A stretch of DNA of 64,000 bases from Elusimicrobia bacterium GWA2_61_42 (GCA_001799615.1 MGTU01000008.1:194749-258748), one strand, 5' to 3'; counted from the first letter of the stretch, positions 9,399-18,649 are shown. The notes: generated from the sequence alone by a model not told the origin. Numbers and translations: made by a program.

Positions 9399-10928
9399 AT
9401 GCAGAAGAATCTTATTCTCGCAGTAGTCCTGTCCTCGCTGGTTTATATCGGCTGGTACTCCTTTATGGAGAAAAAGATCCAGCCCCCAAAAACCCAGCAG
9501 ACCCAGACCGCGGCCCAGCCGCAGCAAGACCGGCCGGCAGGCGCCCCCGTGGCGCAGGCGGAACCGGCCGCGCTGCCGGAGAACTGGAAGAGCGGCGCCG
9601 TCACCATAAAGGCCGGCAAAGCCGAATACTCCTTCAACCCGGCCGCCGCCTCCCTGGCCAGCGCGGTCTACGAAGGCCCCGTCGCCCCGGTCGAACTCAT
9701 CCCGGACCCCGCGCGCGGCTTCTTCTCCACCACGCTGCCCGCCGCCTTCAGCCTCAAGAACAAGACCTCCGACTCGGTGGAATTCTCCGCCAGGGCGGGG
9801 GAGCTGCAGTTCACCAAGAAATTCACCTTCTCTCCCGACAACGGCCTGAACACCCTGCAGATCACCGCCTCCAACGTCTCGGGCAGAACCCAGACGCTCG
9901 GCCAGTGGGAACTGCGCGTGGGCCCGGGGCTCAACACGGTCAAGAGCGAGATGAAAGAGAACGCCGGCGAACTGAAAGCCCAGTACACTTTCACGGAAGA
10001 AGGAAGAAAGCACCCCACTCTTAAGGAGCTTAAGGACGAAGCCGCCCAGCACGACTGGGTCTGGACCGGGATGAACAACCGCTATTTTCTGGCGGCCCTC
10101 GTCGGCGGCAATTTCCAGGGAACGCGCCCCGTCAGGCGCCTGGAGAAAGTAGGGGAAGAAGAGAAAACCCCCGGCCTGGTGGTACCGGTGCCCGCCGCCG
10201 ACCTCAAGCCCGGAGAAAAGCGCACCTGGGAAACCCGGTTCTACCTCGGCCCCAAGGACTACGCCCGGCTGCAGAAGCTCGGCCTGGGGCTGGACCGCTC
10301 GGTGGACTTCGGCTTCTTCGCGCCGCTGGCGAAACTCGCCAACTCCTCGCTGGTCTACTTCCACAAGGTCACCGGCAACTACGGCCTGGCCATCATCATA
10401 CTCAGCGTCATCATCCAGCTGCTGCTGACCCCGCTCAGCTACAAGAGCTTCAAGGCCATGGCGGTGATGAAAAAAATACAGCCCGAGATGCAGGCCATAC
10501 AGAAAAAATACAAGGAAGACCCCAAACGCATGAACGCCGAGGTCATGGACCTCTACAAGCGCCACGGGACCAACCCGCTGGGCGGCTGCCTGCCCATGCT
10601 GCTGCAGATCCCGGTCTTCTTCGCGCTGTTCACGGCGCTGCGCAATTCCTGGGACCTGCACGGGGCGGTGTTCGTTTTCTGGATCAAGGACCTGTCCGCG
10701 AAAGACCCCTTCTACGTAATGCCCCTGGTGATGGGCGGCATCATGTTCCTGCAGCAGCACCTGAGCCCGCAGACCACGGACCCGTCGCAGGCGACGATGA
10801 TGAAGTTCATGCCGGTGATCTTCACCTTCATGTTCCTGACCTTCCCGTCGGGCCTGGTGCTTTACTGGCTGATCAACAGCACGTGGGGCTTCGCGCAGAC
10901 CATGTACCTGCAGAAGAAGATGGGCTAA
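9399..10928 (+). CDS. yidC: Membrane protein insertase YidC
   Basis: 509 aa. N-terminal TM segment, a periplasmic domain, and the C-terminal insertase core (NPLGGCLPMLLQIPVFFALF...LVLYWLINS). Confidence 0.95.
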   Translation: MQKNLILAVVLSSLVYIGWYSFMEKKIQPPKTQQTQTAAQPQQDRPAGAPVAQAEPAALPENWKSGAVTIKAGKAEYSFNPAAASLASAVYEGPVAPVELIPDPARGFFSTTLPAAFSLKNKTSDSVEFSARAGELQFTKKFTFSPDNGLNTLQITASNVSGRTQTLGQWELRVGPGLNTVKSEMKENAGELKAQYTFTEEGRKHPTLKELKDEAAQHDWVWTGMNNRYFLAALVGGNFQGTRPVRRLEKVGEEEKTPGLVVPVPAADLKPGEKRTWETRFYLGPKDYARLQKLGLGLDRSVDFGFFAPLAKLANSSLVYFHKVTGNYGLAIIILSVIIQLLLTPLSYKSFKAMAVMKKIQPEMQAIQKKYKEDPKRMNAEVMDLYKRHGTNPLGGCLPMLLQIPVFFALFTALRNSWDLHGAVFVFWIKDLSAKDPFYVMPLVMGGIMFLQQHLSPQTTDPSQATMMKFMPVIFTFMFLTFPSGLVLYWLINSTWGFAQTMYLQKKMG

Positions 10929-10962
10929 GATTTTTTTAACTGAAAGACTAGGAGACATCCAA

Positions 10963-12087
10963 ATGAGAGAGACAAAGACAGAAGCGAAAACGATACAGGA
11001 CGCGGTCGAAAAAGGCCTTACGGAAATGGGCCTTCGGCGCGACCAGGTGGAAGTAGTGGTGGTAAGCGAAGGCACAAGGGGATTCCTCGGCATAGGCGCG
11101 AAGAAAGCCTGCGTTATTTTAAGGGAAAAGCGCTGGACCAGCGGACGCGGCGACGAACAGCCCCGCGAGAGCCGCGGCGGCGGTCGCGGCGGCAGTCGCG
11201 GCCCCAGGCGCGACGGCAGAGGCGGGGGACCCAGGCGCGAAAGCAGCCGTTCCTCCTCTTCTTCTTCAGCCGCTCCCAGGCGCCCCGGCCGTTACGGTTA
11301 CGAAGACGCCAGGCTGCCCCCGCCGGAAGAATCCCGCGGCGCGTCGGAAGGACACTACGGAGAGAACAGGCGCCCCTCGCGCGAAGACCGCCCCAGGATG
11401 GAGCGCGCGTACAAAGAGGAGCCCCTCGGCGCGGACTATATAGCCATACAGCCCCCGCAGGACCCGGTTGAGCACGCCAAGACGGCGCTGCTGAAAATGG
11501 TGACGCTGATGGGCATGGAGGCCACCGTTACGGAGGCCCGCCTGGACGCCGCCGAGAACCTGCTGTTCATCCGCTTCGACTGCGCCGACTCCTCGGCGTT
11601 CACCGAAGAGAACGGCCGCGGCCTGCAGGCCCTGCAGTTCGTGCTGAACTCCATAGTGAGCCGCAAGCGCGAGCCGCACCTGGCCCTCCGCCTCGACACC
11701 GGCGGCTACTGGGACAGCAAGGAGAAAGAGATCTCCGCCCGCGTGGAAGAAGCCGTCAACGACGTGCGGACCAACAACAGGCCCAACAGGCTCGACCCCA
11801 TGCCCGCCTCGATCCGCAAGATCGTGCACAACCTGATAAAGACGAAGTACCCCGATATGGAGACCGTCTCCGAGGGCGAAGGCCGCTGGCGCAAGGTGGT
11901 TATCCGCAAAGTGGAAACCAGCCAGCCCGCCGGGCAGCTGCCCGTTGAGCAGACTGTCGAGCAGCCTGTCGAGCAGCCTGTCGAGCAGCCGGCCGAACAG
12001 CCGGTAGAACGGCCCGTTGAGCAGCCGGCGCAGCAGCACGCTGAAGCCGAAGCGCAGCCGGCTGAACAGACGACCGAGCAGAAGTAA
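10963..12087 (+). CDS. jag: Jag/KhpB-type RNA-binding protein (Jag_N + KH + R3H) with disordered inserts
   Basis: The Jag_N start MRETKTEAKTIQDAVEKGL, KH-like and R3H-like segments, and its position after yidC. It also carries an RGG/Ser-rich insert and a C-terminal VEQP repeat tail. Confidence 0.85.
   Translation: MRETKTEAKTIQDAVEKGLTEMGLRRDQVEVVVVSEGTRGFLGIGAKKACVILREKRWTSGRGDEQPRESRGGGRGGSRGPRRDGRGGGPRRESSRSSSSSSAAPRRPGRYGYEDARLPPPEESRGASEGHYGENRRPSREDRPRMERAYKEEPLGADYIAIQPPQDPVEHAKTALLKMVTLMGMEATVTEARLDAAENLLFIRFDCADSSAFTEENGRGLQALQFVLNSIVSRKREPHLALRLDTGGYWDSKEKEISARVEEAVNDVRTNNRPNRLDPMPASIRKIVHNLIKTKYPDMETVSEGEGRWRKVVIRKVETSQPAGQLPVEQTVEQPVEQPVEQPAEQPVERPVEQPAQQHAEAEAQPAEQTTEQK
11944..12039 (+). 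repeat. Eight tandem 12-nt units (consensus gtcgagcagcct) encoding (V/A)EQP repeats in the jag tail
   Basis: Read directly: gttgagcagact gtcgagcagcct gtcgagcagcct gtcgagcagccg gccgaacagccg gtagaacggccc gttgagcagccg gcgcagcagcac. Confidence 0.9.
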
Positions 12088-12106
12088 GAACTTCGTCGGC
12101 CGCATC

Positions 12107-12145
12107 GGCGTGACTGCGCTTGCGCTGTCACGCCGTTCGTTTTTC
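12107..12145 (+). terminator. Terminator/attenuator-like hairpin between jag and mnmE
   Basis: GGCGTGAC (12107-12114) pairs with GTCACGCC (12127-12134), followed by gttcgttttt. Confidence 0.5.
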
Positions 12146-12154
12146 AGGTTATAC

Positions 12155-13519
12155 ATGAAACTGCCCGAGACCAGCGACACCATAGTAGCCCAGGCCACCC
12201 CGCCGGGGGCGGGGGCCTTGGCGGTAATACGCCTCTCCGGGCCCCAAGCCTTCGGGGCGGCGGCTTCTTTCCTTTCCCCGGTCCCGGCCGAGCCGGTGCA
12301 CAGGGCCGCCAGGATGCTGGCGGTAAAAGACGGCGCCCGCCTCGTGGACAGGGCGGTGGCGGTGTTCTACCGGGGCCCCGCCAGCTACACCGGGCAGGAC
12401 ACCGTGGAAATTTCCTGCCACGGCTCTCCTTATATAATACGGACCATAATGAACCTGGCTTTGCGCGCGGGCGCCAGGCCGGCGGGGCCGGGAGAATTTA
12501 CGCTCAGGGCCTTCCTTAACGGCAAACTGGACCTGGTCCAGGCCGAAGCCGTAGGAGAACTGATAGCCGCGGGGTCGGCGGAAGCCCACCGCGCCGCCAT
12601 AACCCAGGTGGAAGGGGGAGTTTCGGAAAGGGTACGCGGCATAAAGACGGCCCTGGTCTCGCTGCTGGCGGAACTGGAAGCCCGCCTGGACGATTCCTAC
12701 GAGGAGATCCCCGCCCTTAAAACCAGGGATTTCGCCAGGCGCGCCGCGGCGGCCCGCGCCAGCACCCTTGAACTCGCCAAAGGGTTCGAGGCCGGCAGGG
12801 GGATAAAGGAGGGGCTGAAGGTAGTGATAACCGGCGCCCCCAATTCAGGGAAGTCTTCGCTGCTCAACGCCCTGCTGGGCTACGACCGCGCCATGGTCTC
12901 GCGCCAAGCCGGCACCACCCGCGACACCCTGGAAGCCGAACTGGAACTGCACGGGTTTACCGTGATCTTTACGGACACGGCGGGCCTTAACGCCCGCGCC
13001 GCCTCCCGGCTGGAGAGGGAGGGGATGAGCCGGGCGGCCAAAGCCATAGCAAGGGCCGACGCGGTGATCCTTGTGAGCGACGCCTCCATAAAGGAGACCG
13101 CCAGCGACCGGCGCTCCGAAAAGGAAGCGGCGCGGCTGCCGGCCGGCGCCAGGCTGATACGGGTGCTTAACAAAGCCGACCTCCCTTTAAAAAGATCCCG
13201 CCGCGGCTCCCTTAAAATTTCGGCCAGGACCGGGGCCGGCCTGCCCGCCCTGCGGACGCTGCTGGTAGCGGGGCAGAAGAAAGTTTTTCGCGACGGAGCC
13301 CAAGCGGTAGTCACCTCCGCCAGGCACTTCGCCGCCCTTTCCGCGGCGGCCGGCGAACTGGGCGCGCTGCGGGCCCTGCTGGAGCGGAAAGAGCCGCCGG
13401 CCGAGCTGGCCGCGGAGCGCCTGCGCGCGGCCCTCTCGGAACTTTCCTCTATCCTCGGCGAGACTACGCCGGAAGAAGTGCTGGCCGACATCTTCAGGCA
13501 TTTCTGCGTGGGCAAGTGA
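12155..13519 (+). CDS. mnmE: tRNA modification GTPase MnmE
   Basis: MKLPETSDTIVAQATPPGAGALAVIRLSG is the MnmE N-terminus. G-domain motifs GAPNSGKSSLLN, DTAG and NKAD. C-terminal FCVGK. The upstream 46 codons in the ORF track overlap jag and are rejected. Confidence 0.93.
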   Translation: MKLPETSDTIVAQATPPGAGALAVIRLSGPQAFGAAASFLSPVPAEPVHRAARMLAVKDGARLVDRAVAVFYRGPASYTGQDTVEISCHGSPYIIRTIMNLALRAGARPAGPGEFTLRAFLNGKLDLVQAEAVGELIAAGSAEAHRAAITQVEGGVSERVRGIKTALVSLLAELEARLDDSYEEIPALKTRDFARRAAAARASTLELAKGFEAGRGIKEGLKVVITGAPNSGKSSLLNALLGYDRAMVSRQAGTTRDTLEAELELHGFTVIFTDTAGLNARAASRLEREGMSRAAKAIARADAVILVSDASIKETASDRRSEKEAARLPAGARLIRVLNKADLPLKRSRRGSLKISARTGAGLPALRTLLVAGQKKVFRDGAQAVVTSARHFAALSAAAGELGALRALLERKEPPAELAAERLRAALSELSSILGETTPEEVLADIFRHFCVGK

Positions 13520-14286
13520 CCCTTATGTTAAAAGATATTTTTCCGGTAAAACTGATCTTTCGGCCGACCGACACTTTCACAGAGATCGCCCGGGGACGGA
13601 CGGGCTGGGCCTGGCCGCTGGGTATTTACGCCGCCGCCGCTATCGCCTCAGCGGCCCTGCTGGCGGCCGCCCCGCCGGAGTTCCTGGCCAAGGCCGCCGG
13701 CGGCCTGCCCCCGCCGGCCGGCGGGTTCACGGTCTATTTGCTCACCGGCCTGCCAGGCGGTCTCGCCTTCGCTTTTTTTTCCTGCGCCCTCCTTTCCGGC
13801 TTCGCCTCCGTTCTCAGGTCGGGCCGCCTGATGTTCCGCGTGCCGCTGCCAGCCGCCGCAGCGGCGGTTTACGCTTTTTTCTTCGTCGCGCGCTACAACG
13901 CCGGCGCCGCGGGCCCGGCCGGCTGGGCGGCGGCGGCCTGCGCGCTGGGGCTGGCCGCCTGGGCCGCGCTGCGCGAGCCGCGCGCCTACCTCCGCCTGGT
14001 AAAGGCCTTTCTTTCCTTGTCCATGTTCGCGGCGGCCGCAAGCGCGGCCGGGGCCGGAGCGCTCCTGGCCGGAACGCCGGACGCCTACCCGGCGGCCGAA
14101 TATTTTTTTTCTTTCCTTTCGGTGGCCTGGCTTGTCAAAGCGGCCATGGCCCTCACCGGCCTCTCGGCCGCCAGGGCTTTCGCGGCGGCCGTGCCGGCGC
14201 TGCTGGGCGCGGCGGCTTTCGCTTTTTCGCTGCTGGCGCTGGGCCTGGTGGGGCCAGAGGTTTTCCACCTGCTGCTGCTGATGTGA
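13516..14286 (+). CDS. Ala-rich polytopic membrane protein, possibly Yip1-like
   Basis: 256-aa ORF with several hydrophobic spans, wedged between mnmE and mnmG and overlapping the mnmE stop. No motif I can name with certainty. Confidence 0.55.
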   Translation: MTLMLKDIFPVKLIFRPTDTFTEIARGRTGWAWPLGIYAAAAIASAALLAAAPPEFLAKAAGGLPPPAGGFTVYLLTGLPGGLAFAFFSCALLSGFASVLRSGRLMFRVPLPAAAAAVYAFFFVARYNAGAAGPAGWAAAACALGLAAWAALREPRAYLRLVKAFLSLSMFAAAASAAGAGALLAGTPDAYPAAEYFFSFLSVAWLVKAAMALTGLSAARAFAAAVPALLGAAAFAFSLLALGLVGPEVFHLLLLM

Positions 14287-14287
14287 T

Positions 14288-16048
14288 ATGACGCCCTTCA
14301 ACCACCCTGACCAATTCGACGTGACAGTGATCGGCGGCGGCCACGCCGGCTGCGAGGCGGCTTTGGCGGCCGCGCGCCTGGGAGTAAAAACCCTGCTGCT
14401 GACGCAGGACCTGGACACCATAGCCGCCATGTCCTGCAACCCGTCCATCGGCGGCGTCGGCAAAGGCCAGCTGGTGAGGGAGATAGACGCCCTCGGCGGC
14501 GAAATGGGCAAAATAACCGATTTTTCGATGCTGAGCTGCCACATGCTCAACACCTCCAAAGGCGCCGCCGTGCGCTCCCCCAGGGCGCAGTGCGACAAGA
14601 GGATGTACCAGGCCGCGATGAAGACGGCGCTGGAAAGACAGCCGAACCTCCGCCTGGTTCAGGACGAGGCCGCCGCCATCCTGACCAGGGCGGGGCGCGC
14701 CTGCGGCGTCGCCACCGCCCGCGGCACCCGCTACGCTTCAAGAACCGTAGTGCTAACGGCGGGCACTTTCCTGCGCGGGCTGATACACATAGGCCTGGAC
14801 ACTTTTCCCGGCGGCAGGTATAACCACCCGCCGAGTTCGCTGCTTTCAAAAAGCCTGACCGAACTGGGCTTCAAACTGGGACGCCTGAAGACCGGCACCC
14901 CCATGCGCCTGCACGCGCGCGGCATAGATTTCTCCAAATGCGACCGGCAGGAGCCCGACGCCCCGCCCGCGCCGTTCTCCCACTTCACGGCGAAGATCAC
15001 CAACCCGCAGCTGCCCTGCTGGATCACGCGCACCAACGCCGCCACCGCCGCCGCCATAAGGGCGGGCCTGCACCTCTCGCCCCTCTACAGCGGCAAGATA
15101 AATTCCACCGGGCCGCGCTACTGCCCTTCCATAGAGGACAAGGTGGTAAAGTTCCCGCACCACGGCGCGCACCACCTTTTTCTCGAGCCGGAAGGCTTCG
15201 GCACCGAGGAATATTACGTCAACGGCCTGTCCACCAGCCTGCCGGAAGGAACCCAGGCCGAAATCGTACGCTCCGTGCCGGGGCTGGAAAAAGCCGAGAT
15301 CATGCGCGCCGGCTACGCCATTGAGTACGATTTCTCCGATCCCTCCCAGCTGGACTACACCCTGGAGACGCGCCCGCTGCCCGGACTTTTTATGGCCGGC
15401 CAGGTGAACGGGACCACCGGGTACGAGGAGGCCGCGGGCCAGGGGCTCGTGGCCGGGATCAACGCCGCCCTGTCCGTTCTGGGGAGGGAACCGCTGGTGC
15501 TGAGGAGGGACGAAGCTTACCTGGGCGTGATGATAGACGACCTGGTCTCGAAAGGCATAGACGAACCCTACCGCATCTTCACCTCGCGCGCCGAATACCG
15601 GCTGATGCTGAGGACCGATAACGCGGACCTGCGCCTGTCGGGGCGGGGCCTGGAACTTGGCCTGCTGGACCCGGCGCTGAAAAAGAGCTTCGGCGCCTAC
15701 CAGGCGGCCGTAGCCGACCTGCTGGCCGGGAGAAAGCCCAAAGCGCTGCCGCGGGGCCCCTGGAAGGCAGCTAAGGCGCGCGCCACCGCGGCCATCGAAA
15801 AAACCTACGCCCTTTACATCGAGCGCAACCGGAAGGAAGCCGAAAAGATGAAGAAGTTCGAGCACCTGCGCATACCGGCCGACTTCGACTACCCGGCCAT
15901 AAAAGCTTTGCCGAACGAGGCCCGCCATAAGCTGGAGAAGAACAAGCCGCTCACGCTGGCCCAGGCGGGCCGCATCCCCGGGGTGACCCCGGCGGACATA
16001 CAGCTGCTGTGGGTGCTGCTTGAAAAACGCAGGGGGGGACTGAAATGA
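14288..16048 (+). CDS. mnmG: tRNA uridine 5-carboxymethylaminomethyl modification enzyme MnmG (GidA)
   Basis: 586 aa. FDVTVIGGGHAGCEAALAAARLG is the FAD-binding motif. GidA-like throughout. Confidence 0.96.
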   Translation: MTPFNHPDQFDVTVIGGGHAGCEAALAAARLGVKTLLLTQDLDTIAAMSCNPSIGGVGKGQLVREIDALGGEMGKITDFSMLSCHMLNTSKGAAVRSPRAQCDKRMYQAAMKTALERQPNLRLVQDEAAAILTRAGRACGVATARGTRYASRTVVLTAGTFLRGLIHIGLDTFPGGRYNHPPSSLLSKSLTELGFKLGRLKTGTPMRLHARGIDFSKCDRQEPDAPPAPFSHFTAKITNPQLPCWITRTNAATAAAIRAGLHLSPLYSGKINSTGPRYCPSIEDKVVKFPHHGAHHLFLEPEGFGTEEYYVNGLSTSLPEGTQAEIVRSVPGLEKAEIMRAGYAIEYDFSDPSQLDYTLETRPLPGLFMAGQVNGTTGYEEAAGQGLVAGINAALSVLGREPLVLRRDEAYLGVMIDDLVSKGIDEPYRIFTSRAEYRLMLRTDNADLRLSGRGLELGLLDPALKKSFGAYQAAVADLLAGRKPKALPRGPWKAAKARATAAIEKTYALYIERNRKEAEKMKKFEHLRIPADFDYPAIKALPNEARHKLEKNKPLTLAQAGRIPGVTPADIQLLWVLLEKRRGGLK

Positions 16049-16704
16049 ACGACGCCGTGACCAAAACCCTGGAAGCCTGGGGCCTGAAACTTACGGAGGA
16101 GAACCTGCGCAAGCTGGAAGCTTTCTCCGCCGGGCTGAAGGAAAAGAACGCGGTGCAGAACCTCGTGTCCGAGAAGGACATTCCGCAGCTCTGGGAGCGC
16201 CATATGCTGGACTCGCTGGCCGCGGCCGGCGTGCTGCGCCGGCGCCTCAAGCCGGGCGCGCTTATAGCCGACGCCGGCTCCGGCGCGGGCTTTCCCGGTC
16301 TGGCGCTGGCGGCGGCCCTGGAGGAATTCAATTTTCAGCTGTTGGATTCGCGCGTCCGGCGCTGCGATTTTCTCGGCGAAACCGCCGCCGCCATGGGCAC
16401 CCGCAACGTCGCGGTCTTTAACCGGCGGGTCGGCGAGGGCGGCCCCGGCAGCGAGGCCCGCTACGCGGCCGTGACGGAGCGCGCGATGGGACAGCTTGAA
16501 AACATACTGCCTCAATGCTTAAATATACTGGTCAGGGGCGGGATCTTCCTGGCCTGGCAGAGCGCCGCCCAGTTGGCGCAGCCCAGGCCGGCCGTGGAAG
16601 CGGCCAGGCGCAAGGCCGGAGCGGAGCTGGCGGAAACCGTGACGTACCGCCTGCCAGGGGAAAGCGAAGACCGTTATATCCTGGTTTTTCAGAAGTCCCG
16701 TTAG
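16045..16704 (+). CDS. rsmG: 16S rRNA (guanine527-N7)-methyltransferase RsmG (GidB)
   Basis: 219 aa. The SAM motif DAGSGAGFPGLALA. Overlaps the mnmG stop. Confidence 0.9.
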   Translation: MNDAVTKTLEAWGLKLTEENLRKLEAFSAGLKEKNAVQNLVSEKDIPQLWERHMLDSLAAAGVLRRRLKPGALIADAGSGAGFPGLALAAALEEFNFQLLDSRVRRCDFLGETAAAMGTRNVAVFNRRVGEGGPGSEARYAAVTERAMGQLENILPQCLNILVRGGIFLAWQSAAQLAQPRPAVEAARRKAGAELAETVTYRLPGESEDRYILVFQKSR

Positions 16705-16711
16705 GAGAACT

Positions 16712-17230
16712 ATGCACATACTTAATTATTATTTCACGCCGTTCGCCGTCATCCTGATCCTCTTCGCCATCTTCTTCTCCGAGCCCGAACGGAAAGTCAC
16801 CTACGCCTCCTTCGCCATCCTCGCCGCCGCCTTCGTCTCCAACTACTGGCTGGGCAAGAACATGTACCGCTTCATGCGCTGGAGCCGCCACATACGCGCG
16901 CTTACCGTCTGGATCAACCTCGCCGTCAGCGCCGCGCTCTTTTACCTGCTGTCGCCCTACTGGGCCCCGATGTGGCTGCTGTTCCTGACCGCGCCGTCCG
17001 CCAGCGCCATGTATATGAAAAAGTGGCAGGTTTTCCTGACGGCGCTGGGGGCATCGGCCATCATGATCGCCCTTTACTACGCGCGCAGCGTCGCTTACGG
17101 CGACGGCGGCGGCATGGGCTCCCAGCTCTGGGGCATGGCGCTGACCCAGGCCGTCTTCATAGTCTTCTTCTCGCTGTTCACGGCCGCCATGGCCGAGATG
17201 ATAGTAAAGGTGAGGGACTCGCAGCGCTAA
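16712..17230 (+). CDS. Hypothetical integral membrane protein
   Basis: 172-aa ORF with 4-5 hydrophobic spans and GC3-rich codons. No recognisable motif. Confidence 0.55.
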   Translation: MHILNYYFTPFAVILILFAIFFSEPERKVTYASFAILAAAFVSNYWLGKNMYRFMRWSRHIRALTVWINLAVSAALFYLLSPYWAPMWLLFLTAPSASAMYMKKWQVFLTALGASAIMIALYYARSVAYGDGGGMGSQLWGMALTQAVFIVFFSLFTAAMAEMIVKVRDSQR

Positions 17231-17265
17231 CGGGAAGTAATTGGCCGCCGGTTACTTTCTAAACA

Positions 17266-18399
17266 ATGGACATTCTTTCCAAACTGCGTATAGTCTTCTG
17301 GGGCCTGGTCATAGGGCTCTGGGGGATCTTTATGTACCAGTATATCAACGAAGACATGTCCGTCCTTAAACGGTTCAGGGTAGGCAAGGACCCGCTGGCC
17401 GCCCCGGCGTCGCCGGCCGCGGTGCTTAAGCGCAACCTCCAGCGCCCGCAGCTGCCCGACCAGCCCGCTTTGCAGACGCAGGCCCAGGCCCAGGCGCAGC
17501 CGCAGGCCGCCGCCCGGCCCGCATTGCCGCAAAGCTCCCTCAGCCTCATAAGGCCGGGAGCCGACATAAAAGAGATCCCCGGCGGCATGATGCCGGAGCA
17601 CTCGGCCAATGAAAAAACGGCCATCCCCGTCGTACACTCCGGCGGGGAGGAGAACTACCCGGACGCCCCGCCGGGCTTCGCCATGAAAGTGATGCGGCAT
17701 TTCGTGGTTTACGAGGAAGGCCCTGCGGTTTCCTCCGAACTGGAGGAAACGGTGGAAGCCCTGCACGGCAATATCATGCTGGACCTGGTGGCCTTCTCGC
17801 CGTGGGCGCGCGAAAAGAAAGTTTTCATCTTTTTCTCCCAGAGCCAGGAGACCTACCGGCGCATCACCGGCCGCCCGGCCTGGTCGGGGGGGGCGGCGTC
17901 CCTCAGCGAGCGCAAGATCTACCTCTACAAGAGCGAAGAGGCCTTCGGCATCCTGGCGCACGAGCTCACCCACATTTATTTCGACAGCTTTTTCCCGGCC
18001 TCCAGCCCCAGCCCGCTCTGGCTCAGCGAGGGCGTGGCCACCTACATCCAGTCGGAGCGCGGCTTCTCCACGCCGGCCTGGCTGTCCCAGAACCTGGCGC
18101 TGCTGCAGCGCGGCAGCGGCTTCAAGCTGGGGGACCTGGTGCGCATAGAGAACCTGCAGGGCGCGGACGAGGACAACGTGCGCCTCTGGTACGCGCAGTC
18201 CTACAGCGTGGTGCGCTTCCTGATGAAACTGAAGGCCGGCGACGCCTTTTACGTTTTCTGCAAAAGCCTGCGCGAAGGCAGGCCCGCGGCGCAGTCCCTC
18301 TACCAGGCCTACGGCATGCCCTACAACAAGCTCTCCTCCCTCGAGTACGCCTGGCGCTACGACCTCAAGACCGGCAAGATCTCCGGCGTTAACAGATAA
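17266..18399 (+). CDS. Membrane-anchored putative zinc metallopeptidase (peptidase MA-like, HExxH)
   Basis: N-terminal TM segment, a QA-rich linker, then ILAHELTHIYFDSFF ... WLSEGVATYIQ (HExxH plus a downstream Glu). Confidence 0.65.
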   Translation: MDILSKLRIVFWGLVIGLWGIFMYQYINEDMSVLKRFRVGKDPLAAPASPAAVLKRNLQRPQLPDQPALQTQAQAQAQPQAAARPALPQSSLSLIRPGADIKEIPGGMMPEHSANEKTAIPVVHSGGEENYPDAPPGFAMKVMRHFVVYEEGPAVSSELEETVEALHGNIMLDLVAFSPWAREKKVFIFFSQSQETYRRITGRPAWSGGAASLSERKIYLYKSEEAFGILAHELTHIYFDSFFPASSPSPLWLSEGVATYIQSERGFSTPAWLSQNLALLQRGSGFKLGDLVRIENLQGADEDNVRLWYAQSYSVVRFLMKLKAGDAFYVFCKSLREGRPAAQSLYQAYGMPYNKLSSLEYAWRYDLKTGKISGVNR

Positions 18400-18431
18400 T
18401 CTTTACGCCTTATTATATATTCCTATATATA

Positions 18432-18459
18432 GGGGTTGACCAAAGTCAACCCCGTTTTG
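18432..18459 (+). terminator. Intrinsic terminator after the 17266-18399 gene; its stem contains TTGAC-caaa-GTCAA
   Basis: GGGGTTGAC caaa GTCAACCCC followed by GTTTTGG. Confidence 0.7.
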
Positions 18460-18525
18460 GACCGTTTCCAGCCTCCCCCTTTAGATAAAAAATACAACTG
18501 TCATAAGCGCTTTTTACCCCGGGTA

Positions 18526-18554
18526 TTGACAAGGGGGGGGGCATACTATATACT
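18526..18554 (+). promoter_or_regulatory. dcw-cluster promoter TTGACA-17-TATACT
   Basis: TTGACA at 18526-18531, a 17-nt spacer, and TATACT at 18549-18554. It lies about 95 nt upstream of mraZ. Confidence 0.75.
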
Positions 18555-18562
18555 TTGATTCT

Positions 18563-18600
18563 AGTGGTGGAAAGTGGTGGACAGTGTTTTCAAGTGGTTA
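18563..18600 (+). promoter_or_regulatory. Candidate MraZ operator: four direct AGTGG-type repeats with 10-bp period
   Basis: AGTGGTGG (18563), AGTGGTGG (18573), AGTGTTTT (18583) and AGTGGTTA (18593), just downstream of the -10. MraZ is known to bind phased GTGG-type direct repeats upstream of its own operon. Confidence 0.6.
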
Positions 18601-18649
18601 ATAATGTTGTAAACTGGGAAAGCGAAAAAGAACGGATCTGATCAAAGTT

